Shown: one piece after another, positions 25,913 to 39,100 of the stretch
How the letters are laid out: every line of letters begins with the position of its first letter
Numbering within the stretch: position 1 is the stretch's first letter
Assembly: GCA_900088475.1 (NCBI GenBank)
Contig: FLMG01003337.1
Coordinates: 1 to 64,000, forward strand
Source: Hyphochytrium catenoides
Taxonomy: Eukaryota; Protista; Hyphochytriomycota
DNA length: 64,000 bases
Reading direction: 5' to 3'
The notes under the pieces: model-generated
Databases searched by the model: none
Seen by the model: only the letters and a program-made list of their open reading frames with translations
Told to the model about the DNA's origin: nothing
Translations under genes and position numbers: made by a program

Positions 25913-28900
25913 CTATTGTTCATACATCCGCGCAGTATACTCGACCAGGTAGCAAGGAGAACACTCCTTAACCAAACTATCGGATAGGGGAATGATAACT
26001 TGGTCCCTAAGATTATCAAGGGCTTCTTCTTTCTGGAAATCGTCACATTCTTCAGTAGGGTTTAGCTCTGTCTCACTAGACCCACAGAATATTACAGCTT
26101 CATAGCCCATCATCTTCCATTCCTCTCGTACCCGATCAGCCTCATAGCTTCTTTCGAAATCTTCTTTTGTCCAAGGCGCATAGTAGACCTGCCCGAGGTC
26201 AACTAAAGTAAGCAGCACCCTCCAGGTATAAAAGATGGGGATTTCACTCTCGATGGCTTTGTCCTTGCAAACACACACGGAGAAGATTAGATTGGAGTTG
26301 ATGAGGGGCAAGCGTGAATCAATGGGAGTCGGCAGTCCATTATAGCTGAAAAGCAGATTACGGCAACCACTGGTAAGCTGTAAGACGCGTGGAAAAGAAG
26401 CATTGAAAAGAAAAACAGCCCTACAGATCTTTAGAGAAAATGGGAGCTTAAGCAAAAGCACAGCGAGATAGAAAAGAACCTCACTGACTGCCAGGGTAAC
26501 CGTGTGGACTCGTATCTTACCGTTCGTGAGCGTCGAAAATGTTTATCTGCTATACAAATATTGGTGCTGAACTCCGCCACTTCAGCCCTCTCCTCCAGAG
26601 TCCCGGAGTTTACAGCCTCCGAAAGCGACCCCGGGGCCGCACCATAGAATAGAAGCTTGAGCTTCCTGCCTTCCTTTGCCTTTTCCACAAGAGTCTTCAT
26701 CTTCTCTCGGTTATAAATCTGAAATGGTGTGTTTGTCCACATGGGCAGGAACGGAAAATAGGTGTGGAGATTTGTTTACTGAGTGATATGCCAAGTGCAG
26801 TAGGTTGATCGTGGACCTAGCTCACGCTCTCACTCACCTTCAGAACGCGAGAGCACTTGTAACGCGCAAGAGATGAGGACGTCTGCAAAAGAATCAAAGC
26901 CTCGACGGCCTAACCAGCAAAAGCTAAGAATTGGGGAGATTCATGGACCAATATTTTTAAAGTAATGCCGAACTTCCCGGTTGACAGAACTCGCTCCAGA
27001 GATGATTGGGAATAACTTCACAAAGAACATAAGCGTGAACACACACACACCAGGGCACCCCGTGATGCTGAATGGCGGCACAGATCGGTTTTGCCGGTGG
27101 CCGTACTCACCTTCAATTCCAGGCTGTCATTCAATAAGTCTTGAATCAGGACGTTTCCTACTTCGCCCTAGTGTGATCAGATAGTTAGTCAGTCTATCCA
27201 GTGAACAGAGACACAAGGCATACGATTAGCAGGGGAGAAAATTGGAATCACTTACTTCCTCGTTGACCCAAGATGTCGGAGAGCGCAATGCGAAACTAAC
27301 CAGCTTTGTAATGGAATGGTCAAGTTTATGTACGTGTGCAGGGCAGTAGAAGTGAGCAGGCAAAAAGTTAGAAAACAGTCTATGGACTCCGGGCGTAAAA
27401 CTAGGCATGGGCATTATGAAGATAAGGTAGCAGAACAATTGAAGTTTGCGAGGCTTAGCACTATAATATTGACATAGGTGGGCCTCCCTGTGCGATAAAG
27501 AAGGATTATCGCGAGAGAGAATGAGCGCCGGTTCAGAGAGAACCATTACCCGAAAACAACACCCTCGACCAAATTTCGTACCTGTTCAAGAACAACCTCC
27601 TTTCTTTGACGCAGTATCGAGTCTACATAGTTGGTGCCGAAGAGGGAGAACGATGGAGGAACAAAGTCCGTTACTTCTATGACCGAGTCGTCCAAAGACC
27701 TACACGTTGAATGGACATGTCAAAAATCCAGAAGCTTTCGTTTTAGCGCCCCAAGAGGATCCAACAGGACCGAGATCGACCACAAACATGTCCCAATCGG
27801 TCCATCTCTCTATGCAGCAGTTTCAAGAATGTAGCAGAGGCTTAGGTACAGCTGACGCTGGAGAATAGGAAGGAGACTTGCCCATAGAGATCCCCTTGTA
27901 CCAATACCTTTCTGGCACCAGCTCTTCTCCCTCAAACGCTTTGGTTTCGTCGCCTACCGTATACCGGTAGAATAGGGTTTGGTCCCCACCACCCTTAACA
28001 GGACTAAGGTCCGCGCTGAATCGCGTTTCTTCGAGCCGCTTGCTTCTTGATGTTCTGTCCCTGCTCCTAGCAAAAGGAGATTGATATCCGTATGTGGTTC
28101 GTCCACCAGCTTCAGTATTAGGCGCCTCGATATAGTCGTCCCTTTCGATTGAAGCATTGTCCGGAAGGGTAATCCCAAGTCCTACCGTCCTTTTGCCTTG
28201 CTTTCTCCCAATAGATGTGTCGTCCTTTTTGGCGGTCCGCTTGTGCGTGACATCTCTAGTGGTAGCTGACATGGTGCTCGCCTTTTTCCCCCTGAGTGGC
28301 CTTTCTTTCTTCTTTTGCGAGTGATCGTCTTTCTTTCTGAAAGCCTCTTCACTCTGCGGACGAACTTAGCATATAAAAGGTAGTCAGACAGTTCTGGCCA
28401 GGCTTTCTTTGCCTTCCATGTAACAGCGTACCGAGGGTCGCACTCTGAGGCCTGTCAGGGTTCCGACTGTATTTTCCATACTGACGTTTCGGCTGTCGTT
28501 CAGCAAACCTAGTGATAACGGAAAGGTGAAAGGCTCATAAGGCTCATTTCCAGCTTCAGAAGATAAGATCTCCACAAATACTGGTGTTATAAATTTTCTA
28601 GACCCGCCCTCAAGCTATCGGTACAACCTCTCTTGGCGTTGCCTTTCTTTCGCGTTCCATGCTCATCAAGTGGTGGCCGAGGCGGTACTTGAACAACAGT
28701 AAACTTCATCACTTACCGAAGTTGCTTCATAAGCAGCGAATAGGAAAGCTTGTCTCTTTTCCTCAGCTCCTCGTCCTCTTTCGCTTTCTCTTTCTTCCGC
28801 TTGGCTGTTTCCCTTGCTATGGCCCTCCGGCGAAGAAGCTCCTGTTGCTCTCTTTCTGCTTGAAGCTTCCTTCTTTCTGCTTCTAATTGCCTTAAGGCCG

Positions 28901-30447
28901 ACTCGTAGCTCTTTTGCTCTTTTCGCGCTTCTCTGGGTTCTTGAGTTTTGTGTCCTACATAGCCAATCCCTAGTGCGCACCTTCTCAGACCGCTGGTCTC
29001 TTGAGATTTTGCCATCGCATTAGAGGAGGACTTTTTTTGATAGACCTTCAGTCTAGACGATAAGAGGGGCTGAATGGCCCTGCCCCAAGAAGATGATTGA
29101 TTGGGCATACTCGTCTCCATGCCATTCCTTCTTTTCTTCTTTTCCTGGCCTTCATTTTGCTTTTCCTTTCCGCTTCTTTGTGTAGGCTTATCGTTCGCTT
29201 GAGTCACTGAAAGCTTCGGTCGAACTAGCGAGACCTCATTCTTCCGTTTCTAGGGTGCGAGAGGTTAGGACCAGTCGAGCGCAAGGCTAAAGCTATCCTA
29301 TGTCCTGGAGCTAAGTGACTGGAAGGGCTGATCAAGGGACCATGGCCAGGAAGTATGTCAACCAACCTGAGCACTATCCTTCCAACCTAGTAAAGACTCT
29401 CCGTATACCCAGGCGATGCCGCCCGAAGCCTCTCGAGCAGTGTCCTCCGCTTTGAGGTGGTTTTCTCCACCGGAAGTGCTGGTAGCGCAGAAAGTCTTCG
29501 CAACCGGCGAAACCTGCGGTGTGTGCTGCATTTCACTTTCCTCTTCCTGGGCCCCCGGAGTCGCTTTCTTTTGGAGCCTTTCGTTGGCTTTATCCCGATC
29601 TGCGACGAACGACTTATAAAGGTTATAAAACTCATTCCTTGCAGCCTGACCAGATTGTCCTTGATTGCCATAGTCTGTGGGACGTAGAGAAGAGGAAGGA
29701 GGGGATACGATGAGACGTTAAGGATAGCTGATGGCGGTAGGGGTTTACACTCACGTTTGCCCTCCCCCACTGCATCAAGGTCCGCCATAAGGCTGCTAAC
29801 TTGCTCTCGGTAGAATCGCAAGAAGTCTCTACACTTGCGCTCAGCTTCTCCTCTTTCATCCTGAATATGATGAGTCCACCTACTTCAAACGGCATGAACA
29901 TCGCTTGTCAACGTGGACTCATGGAGAGACGAAGCAAAAGGGACCAACAGCGAGAACGTGTGTGGTGATCGGCAGACGCTTACCTGTGCAGTAAATCTCC
30001 CTTTATGGTCTGTGAAGAGACTAATCAGCACTGAGGGTCATTACACAGGGTCTGTCCAGACTTATCTATGGTCTGTACTCTCACCTGAGGAGGATAGTCT
30101 GACTTGGCGGCAGCGTTTCTCTCATGAGGAAGGAAAGAGGGTGACGTGTTGAGACCAGGTGCTTCTTAATGATAGTTCTGGTGAGAGACCATCAACGAAA
30201 GGTCAGATTCAATAGACGACTTACCTCTTGATTCGGGGTCATTCATGGACTCGAAAGACTCCTGGCTGGAAAAAAGTTCCCTCTCTATCAAGGTTGAGTC
30301 CGACCGCGCGTGGTCGTCACTGTCTGTTTTGAGAGAAAATTCCCTTTGGGACTCGCCTGGGATTCGGGGCCCAGTGACCTGAAAGTCAACTTGGTCTCCT
30401 CGAACCTTCTGAGGAGGAACCTTCCTACCCAACAGCATCTCTGCCAT
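25913..30447 (-). CDS. Unknown multi-exon protein with central charged coiled-coil (may be more than one gene)
   Basis: A chain of minus-strand ORFs is flanked by GT/AG sites, with an E/K/R-rich coiled coil (ESALRQLEAERRKLQAEREQQELLRRR) and a globular-looking C-terminus. No family recognised. Confidence 0.5.
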
Positions 30448-31091
30448 GAAGTTAGCTGTCGCCTATGCTTTCTGCCATGCGGAGCGGAATGCTCGCTTCG
30501 CTTGTCCTGCGCATTCTCCAACAACACTATTCAAGGTGTTGTCATTCAGGTGCCCTTGCACCCGTCTTCCTCTTGTGCTTGACAATGAAGCTCGCAGTTG
30601 TAAGAGCGGCCGTATCACCAACAAGCAAGGCTCTACTCTCTACATCCTCTCCTCTCCATGTAGCATAGTGCTTCATCCTTCGTCTACTGCTGTGTCTACT
30701 TCAATCACAACATCACAACAAATAAATCTTCTGTCTTCCCGCCTCTTTCTTTCGTCCTTCTTCGTCTTCTATCTTTGGAATTTGATGTAGTAGACTGATT
30801 ATCTCTTTTGGCATGCCTCTGATTATCTAGGTGGGCTTCCCGCGACTTTCTTCAGTTTTCAATAGTTCGCTTCATGAAGCAGCTTGACCGGTACAATCTC
30901 CGGATTTGGGTCCTGGAGTTCCGTCCTTGAGTGAAGCAGTGAAGCACTTGCTCTTTGGTTCCAGACGACAGATGATGAGACGCTAGGCTCCGTAAACCGC
31001 CAAAGGTCAAACCTTGAAGACTGGCGCCAGGAAGACTTTAACTCGCCCAGCACCGGCAGAATCATGCTCTGAAGCCGAATTTTGGAGCATA

Positions 31092-34000
31092 ATGAAGAAG
31101 GACCTGCTGTATGCCCTGGTGGGCATTACCGGAGACATCATTGTGGAAGATGGCCAGAGCTTTAGAGTTCATCCAGGCAGGTGAAGTGCCGTGCCCCACG
31201 GTGGGACACACCGGCTGACAATACTCGCGTAGGAATTCCCTTCATTTCGGATTCGGAAAAGGTCATCATCAACAGTATCGTGAAACTGGGCTTTCTCTAT
31301 AAAAAGCTCCTCGAATTTTGCCGTCAAACAAGTGGATGGACCAATACTGAAGGCAATGAGAAGTGCTGTACTTCACTGAGATCTATTATCTGATAAGCTT
31401 CTTTTTCTCCAGGAACCGCAGCCTCAAATTTACAGGGCGGCGTCTACCTTAGGGCGGTCGCGGCAGGTATTCAAGAAGCTCTTGACCAGTACCGTCAGGA
31501 GTTAATACAGCTGGAAAAGGTGAGAGTACTCTCTCTCTGGACAAGTTCTCTCGTTACTAAGCGTCTTACACGCAGGACCTGAACAAGGATGGTGAAAAAG
31601 TTCAATTAGCAAGATTTCTTCGGCTGCGAAATCCCTACGAAATAGTTCTCTCATCTATGGTTGCCACGGTGGATACCGTGCAACGCAAGGGCCTCAAGGG
31701 AGGTAGGCCGAGGCCTCCTATCGATGGCTACTTCTCTTTTTGCAAATATGATAGGCCTCTAACACAGCTCCATAGCTGCCATCATAGATCTTGTTTATGC
31801 TAGAAGCCGATGTGGAATTAGGGCTGTTCAAGATTGCTTCGAGCGGTTGCACTTCTTCTGTACAAGGTAGGCAGATGTAGAAATCTACACAGTACCAGGA
31901 AGCTTTTCAATTCTGCCATCTGTTCTGCCTTTTCTTACCTCCCCTCGCTCAGCTGGGTACAAGCAGACAGTACTATTAGGATGCTGGCGACGAAAGCCTT
32001 ACCTGGACATTGCTCACAAACAACTCTTGGGTGCTTTATAAATCCCTCACGCAGAGTATTTATAAGCCAAGTCATTTCTTGGACGCTGGACGGCCTACTG
32101 AACGACCCGTTCGACGAATTTTTTATTAAAGAGCGGGCGGATGGCAAATCTAGCACAAGAAAAGCTTTTAGAAGATCCAAGCTTGGTCTGCTTGCTAAGG
32201 GTTAGTGTTCCATTGTGTGTGCTTGCGCAATGTGCTCATTGTGTGTGCTTGCGCAATGTGCTCTCTGGACTCATTATTCCCTTTCCCTTGCTGACCTCAT
32301 CCCTTTTCCCTTCTTGACCTTGTAATTTGGGTGATTAAGACGTTTTAGATGAAGAAGAAGCCAGATTTGCAGAATACTTGTGGAATAGCGCATACTACGT
32401 CGCTCTCGATAAGATTCCGTCGTCTATTATACCAGCAGAAATTGCTGAGAAGATCTTATTTATTGGCAAGGCCATCCAGGTACAGGAAAAGGAATGGAGG
32501 TCAAGGGATTCGCCTAAAGTGTTACCATGGCGAGAAGCACCTAGTGTTTTAAGATTTTTGCCCATAAAGTTGCGGTTGAGAAGGCGGCAATTCTGTAAGC
32601 CCTCACCAGATGCATGCAGGTGCTAGCCCAACATGAAGATGATCATCTGTCTTCAAGAGAATCGAATGCTCATCTAACCGTAGAGGAAATAGATATATTT
32701 CGTAGCACTTTCCGGACGTTGATGGACCACAAGTATCACCTGCTTTCCTTCCAGTGCGCCGTAGACAACCTAAAAGGTACCTCTTCCGTAGACTGGGCTC
32801 TATCCCTTATCACCACTTCCCTTGGGTCCATTGAGGTCCTGGTCCTGAGGACTGTGAGGATTTGACGCAATCGCTTTCCTTCGTTGCGTACTCCATGGGC
32901 ATCTCGAGTCTTCAGTTCTAGAATGACTCACCTTATCTCTTCTTGGATCACGTCCCATGGAAGAAACGGTGGCGCGGAAGCTTCAAACGCTCATTGTGCG
33001 AGAGGCTGACTTTATAGGCAATCTCACAGACTTAAGGGAGTTCTATTTGCTTTCCAAGGTAATAAGAGTAATGGTAACGATATAAGGCACTGAACGTGCT
33101 TAGGTCGCCCTTTGGTTACTATAGGGTGACTTTTACCAGACCTTTATCGAAGAAAGCCTCTCATTGCTCCAGAATCCCCCTTCTGCAAAGTCGGAAAGCG
33201 ACCTCAACTACGTAAGTGAATGTATGCTGTCAAAGCAGAATGGTTTGAGATGCCGGATGGGATGGAAAAGTTAAGCCCCTTCAGTGTCAAATAAATACTT
33301 GCACGTACAGGGGCCATTCCAGACAGCCGCACGGAAATGTCTTGTCAATGACGACTCCTTTCTGAAAAGATTTCGGATGAAGGTAACTAATTCTATGGGT
33401 ACTTCTGCCGATCTGAGAACATCCATTTAGCAATCTCACCCAATACAAGTTTAACGGTGGCGTTTGCAGGTATCTGTTCCAGCATTTTGCTACAAGGACT
33501 TTGAAGAACGACAGGGGCTGCAATTCACGGGTCTGGCTAGCTACCAAGAGAGTGCCAAGGTACCTGATCTGTCTTTTTGTTACCGCACTTTTAATTCCGT
33601 CGGAATGACTATAGTGAGCTGGAGCTTAAACTTTTTTACAGGCCATGCAGCTTTCGGCTCCCCAGAACTTAGACGGGGAGGTCATTGGAGAGTGGCCAGG
33701 AGGAGGACTATGGTGTGCTGATAAGAAGCCCATAGCAAATGTACGGGAGGACTTCTACTCCTCTACACGATATTACTCCCTCACTGGCACCGTCTTCTTT
33801 GGGTCGTTTCCACTCTGATCGCCTGCGTAGTTCTCGGTCTCTATAGAATCCAATCTCAGACCCAGGTTGAGCTAATAGTCTTGTCAGTAGGATTTCAACC
33901 TTTCTCTGGACTTTGAGTTCCCACTTGACCACAGCAGTCCCGGCTTCGCTGTAGTTTTCCATACCCATCGCAATGCTACAGGAGCAGGAGGAAGCGGAGG

Positions 34001-35933
34001 ATTACTTGGCTACGAGGGGCTGGGTTCATGCTTGGTGGTTGAAGTGAGAGATCCAAAGAGCGAGGAAGAGTCCAAGGATAACTCTTCACTGATAATTGCA
34101 GTGCGGAGAGTGAAGCTAGACGTGTCACGATTATCCACCACCAAGCCAGACGAGACAAAGCGGTCAGCGTCATCAGACGTCATTATGGAGCATGTGGAGG
34201 CAGTCTCCGCAGCGAGGGGTCTTAGGCACTGTCTCAGTCTTGCCTACAACTCCTACGAAGAAAAGTTGAATATTTATTTAGACAAAGATGCGAAACAGCG
34301 GTAAGTAGGTTATATGTATGTTTGTAGGATGCCCTTATCACAAAGCTATAAAATGATGGAGCACTAATCATATACTGTACCTACTGCTCAGGTGCCAATG
34401 TACTGCTGCGGTGGACCTTGGTAAAGAGCTAGACATTCGGTCACATTATCTGGAAGGATGGATTGGCTTAACCACCAGGGCGCTGACCCGTAAGTGACAT
34501 TATTGTGGTAGCGATAAGTGGCGATTCAGTCGCCATCAGTTATCCTTACACGCCAAGCCCTTTTTCGGACCTGGCTTAATGATTATGGATCGTTCCTTCT
34601 CCTCCTATCATGTAACACTTGCAGCGCAAGGGCCAGGTCCAATCATCTACTCATGGTCCTTCTCGGCGAAGAATCCGCCAGAGCTAAACTCTATGCTGAG
34701 TAGCTGGCGTTGTCTCGGCCTAAATTACTCGGTCTCCTGGCCTCTGCACCTCATGATCACGCAGGTGGGCCGCTGTTCAAGTTCATGACCTCTCACCTCG
34801 GGTACAACTACCTTTGAGACATGACCTACCTCGGGGCCTTTCTATCTATACTAGTACTGTACCCCAAAATCCCCATTATGCTCCATTCCTTCTCTAAGTG
34901 CGTGTTCTCTTCTGTATTCTTTGACATTAGGACTCCCTGCGGCAGTACAATCGCCTATTCTCCTTTCTCTTCACTGTTAAGCGAATCCAAGTTGAGCTCC
35001 AGGTAGTCTGGGCAGCTTTGATGGAGGTGAGCTTATTGGCTGCGGTCATCTATTGAAATCCTACGCTCCCCTCCTCCATGCCAAAATACGTGCATAGTCC
35101 TTTCTTTAACAGCTCGCCTTGCCTCAGCACAAACATGACGTCGCAGCAAAGGATAAATGGGGTGCTGTAGCTCCGATATGGCTCCTTCGGGCGAAGATGG
35201 CATTTTTTCTCGATAACTTGCAATACTATCTCCAGGTATACTTCCGTGGCTTATCAGCTGCATTGGAACTTACGTTCTCAACATCCTCCTGCTCTATACT
35301 TCTTCCACCTTGAACTAGGTCGATGTCATAGATTCCTCTTTCACCATACTGCTGAGGGACATCGAGACCTCGTCGGATTTTGAAAGTGTCAAAAGGGCGC
35401 ATGAGGACTATTTATCCTCTCTTGCGTATCGCGGTCAAATCACTTCCAGAACAGCCTACAATGCTATTATGGAGGTATGACGCTATCTGTGTCCTTGGTT
35501 TGCCCCTTCCTCGACTTCGCATACTGCACCTGGGAAATGGCGATATGCTCCTTTTTGCGGTGCTTGTCTAGTTGACAGCACCCTTTCTGTCCGCTAGCGG
35601 CATCGATGATGGTTTTGCTAGCTCTCCTCAGGGCGAGAGTGCGCTTTTGGTTCCCTGATGAAATAGGCTGTCTACATATTCTGAACAATTTTTCAGGTTC
35701 TGGGTTGCTGTCACTCCTTCTGTCGGACATTCTCTCCCTCCGCGCTGAAAGAGCTGGCTCAGTCCTCCTCGAACTGGAAAGAGAAGGCCCAGAAGGAAGA
35801 GGACAAGTTCGACAAACTGACTCTCTATCTCTTTACAGTCCTCCAACGGTCCAACGCCCGAGAGCTCATACTCCGGTTGGACTACAGTGGTAGCTTTAGC
35901 GAATCTGCGCTTAGATTAATGAGTTCAAGCTGA
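31092..35933 (+). CDS. TUBGCP4: Gamma-tubulin complex component 4 (Spc97/Spc98 family) with inserted lectin-like domain, multi-exon
   Basis: MKKDLLYALVGITGD..PFISDSE, VYLRAVAAG..LDQYRQELIQLEK, WTLDGLLNDPFDEFFI, AEKILFIGKAI, EFYLLSKGDFYQTFI, LGLNYSVSWPLHL, MAFFLDNLQYYLQVDVI, LILRLDY. Confidence 0.88.
32211..32262. repeat. 26-bp perfect tandem duplication in a GCP4 intron
   Basis: cattgtgtgtgcttgcgcaatgtgct occurs twice. Confidence 0.9.
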
Positions 35934-36197
35934 AGCTGAACTAAAATTTGCACATTTGCATCGTTGGTAGTCCTTTATCGAGACCGATCTTTTCTTGCTA
36001 TGCCTTGCTAAACGGAGGCGGTTATAAAGTGAACAGTATCCGCTAAGGTCCTGCGCCTCCTCGCAAGAAGAGGTAATGTACATCCAAAGAAAGGGAGCAG
36101 CTTAGCAGTATCATCTACGCTTGATATAGTGATAGTATTGATGGTCGATTGGTAACCAGTAGGAGGGATCTCTCTTTTAAAGCTCTTTTGTTAGATC

Positions 36198-39100
36198 CTA
36201 TCTTCTAGCCAGGCGGTTCTTGAAAAGTGTGGAGCGCTGTTTTGCTGCTGTAGAGTATTCCANNNNNNNNNNNNNNNNNNNNNNNNNNNNNNNNNNNNNN
36301 NNNNNNNNNNNNCCCCTCTAAATAGAAGAAATTCTAGCTCTTGAAACTGAGGAGAGGACTGAGTTGCCGAGTGATAGATCCGTATGATGAGGGGGATCGA
36401 AGGAGAAGTACATAAACTGCTCACTAATCCAATAGCGGAAAAGGGAGAGAAAACCCGGGCCGTCACCAAATGAAGGAAAGGATGTCCTCTCTAGAGTAAA
36501 TATAATGGCAATGCTTACACAGAGTCTCCGGCTCCTGATAGCGCTCCCATGGTACCGCTCTTTCTCTTCGCTTTGTTTCCAGCTGCATTGAGTCCTATGA
36601 TGCTCTCTCGATCCTCCACCGCCATATTCTCTGCCTGATCCTCGCCTATTAGATCTGCTAGCTTTATATCCTCTAATAATTGCAGCTGGAGAAGACAGAC
36701 AGTCGTTAAGGCACAGAGCAGATAAGTTTGACCAAGAGGTGCATGCGGTTGACCACTACAAGTGACGAGAGAGCGAGAGCCCAGGCAACCGCACAGAGGG
36801 GTAAACAGGAGGGCAAGGATACCTGTGCCTCTCTTGAGTTGAAGTATCCCCCGTCAAATTCATCATCATCTAAGAAGTCTGTCTCCACTTTAAACGTATA
36901 ACCCTGGTCTACCAAATATTGCTGGCGCTTGTTAGAGTAGTACATCTCCTAAAAATAGCATTGGGTGAGCTTCAGAATCAGATCTCCAGACCAAATGCTC
37001 AACCTGTGTATCCGTAGACACCATGGTGTAGAAATATGCGTTAAAGCCCTCGCCAGCTGAGTGCTTAGGTCTTAAAATTCTGCCTAGTCGTTGGGCCTCC
37101 TGACGCCGAGAGCCAAAGTGTGAAGAAACCTGACACAGCCACATTTTCAGTTCCTATTTGTACAGGATCATCGATTCTGAAGGAGGCCCAGAGCAAGGTA
37201 ACACTGTCCAAAACAGTAGAGAAATACGAGGAGACCAGAGGCATTCGCAACCCGTCGGTAGAAGGTTATACAACGCACAGACTGACGGGACACAGAGCGG
37301 GATGCAGACGACTGCTTTTCTAGTCGCTAGCTTGACGAAGATAGACGAAACCGGCATAGGAGCAACCATATCACCTGCACAATAACGTTTGCCTCGGGAA
37401 GATCTATAGAAGTGTCCCCGACTTTAGATATACAAATCACATTCATTGTCGGATTAACACGGAACTGATGGAGAATCCGCATTCTTTCAACCTGTGGGGA
37501 CAAAATTAGCGGCAATTTGTCGGAAACTTGAAGAATAGTTATTACTGGCGACGATGCAAGTCACAATGGAAAGAAGTAAAAAATAGGAGTGCAGAGAGCC
37601 TAGTGAAAGAAGCCGAAGACCATAGCCCTGCGAGTGACGAAATCTGCCACATCCTACGAAGTTCGTAACAATCAAAAACAGATGGATATCATCCTTGGAG
37701 TCCATTTGTCGTCGCTTTTACCTCTCCAGTGCCTCCATAGATATAGGGCTTATGCAGAATTGTGGCGTATTTCTTCAAAGCAAAGACGTCGTCACTGAAG
37801 ATAAGTATCTTATCCCTGCCATAGAATTACAGACATTTAGTATCCTCTTCGGTGGTTTACGTATGATTCAGTTGAGGTTACCCTTTGCGCTCATGCTGTC
37901 TAATGAGCAGTTCCGTGGCCTTGAATTTATTCGGATTCATGACGTAGAGGAGGGACCGTTTGCGCGCGTTTTTCTGCACAAAAGAAAGAAGTTGAAGTAG
38001 AGAGGCAGCAGCGTGTTAATCATTAAGCAATCGTTGGGTGGTAAGTTGGCAGCCAGGGTCTTCCCAAGAAGCATTATGCTCTACATCAGCTCAATTTTGC
38101 TCAACCCATAATACATGCTCGCGTTCCCTCCTTCGGAACACTTGCTTTCCTCCAACAAGGGCGGTCTAAATTATCTTGATACCTCTCGTAAGTACTCCCT
38201 ATAGAACTCTGGCGTCATGGGGCACCAAACTTCCCGACAGGACACATTGGCCAGGTAGCCTTGCTGAGTCAGATCCATCCAGTTTGCCTGCACGAACTCA
38301 AGTTAGTTAGACTTTAGAGCTTCTCTTACCCTGTCTATCCTTGAAGATCTACTCTCAAGTACCAAGGGCTAGCAGAAAGGGAGACAAGAAGTCTCTACAA
38401 TTGACATGCTATACACAAATGACGCCACGCTTGGAGCCCATTTGCGTTCTCTTCTTGCTTAGAATGGAGTTTGAGGCTATGAATCTTATCTGTACTCGAA
38501 ACTCCACCAGACTGTCCTTTTCCCTTTTGGTAGCGCAAAGGTTTATGCCACAGCACAGATGGTGTTCGCTTACCTCGTAAAGCTTTGGGCCGATAAGGAA
38601 GTTTAAATCACCTATAAGATCATCTTCTCTCACCAGCGTAGCGGTAAGTCCAAGCTTACAATGCGCAGCCACAGAGCTAATAACCTGTGAGTGGTGATAG
38701 ATGGGACAGCACATAAGGACAGGAGCGTATTCAGGAAAAGTAATGGACTGAGACAAGGGTATGAACGATAAAGCCTTTACAACGAAGATATTCTAAAACA
38801 CTCAAATTGCACAATGTGCTTAGCCATGAAAGACGGAGGAAGAAACACTAACAGGACGAAGAGGGAGGCCAGGTAGCAGCTACTTGTGCTGAAACTTATG
38901 GGCTGACTAGTGGTAGGAGGGCTAGATTGACCCAAGCGTACCTTTCGAAACATTTTTGCTGGAACGACGTGTACCTCATCTAGTAGTAGCGTTCCCCATT
39001 CTCTTCCCTCAATTATTTTCATCACCTTCTCGCTCTCTGCACTCCGCTTCCCTCCGAAGGAAATCATGGTGTAAGTGGTCACGAGCACGCCGCAATCCGG

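Noticed and set aside
29675-29755. TCCTTAAC within an intron of the coiled-coil gene
   Set aside because: The donor is the major-type GTGAGT and the motif is about 40 nt from the acceptor.
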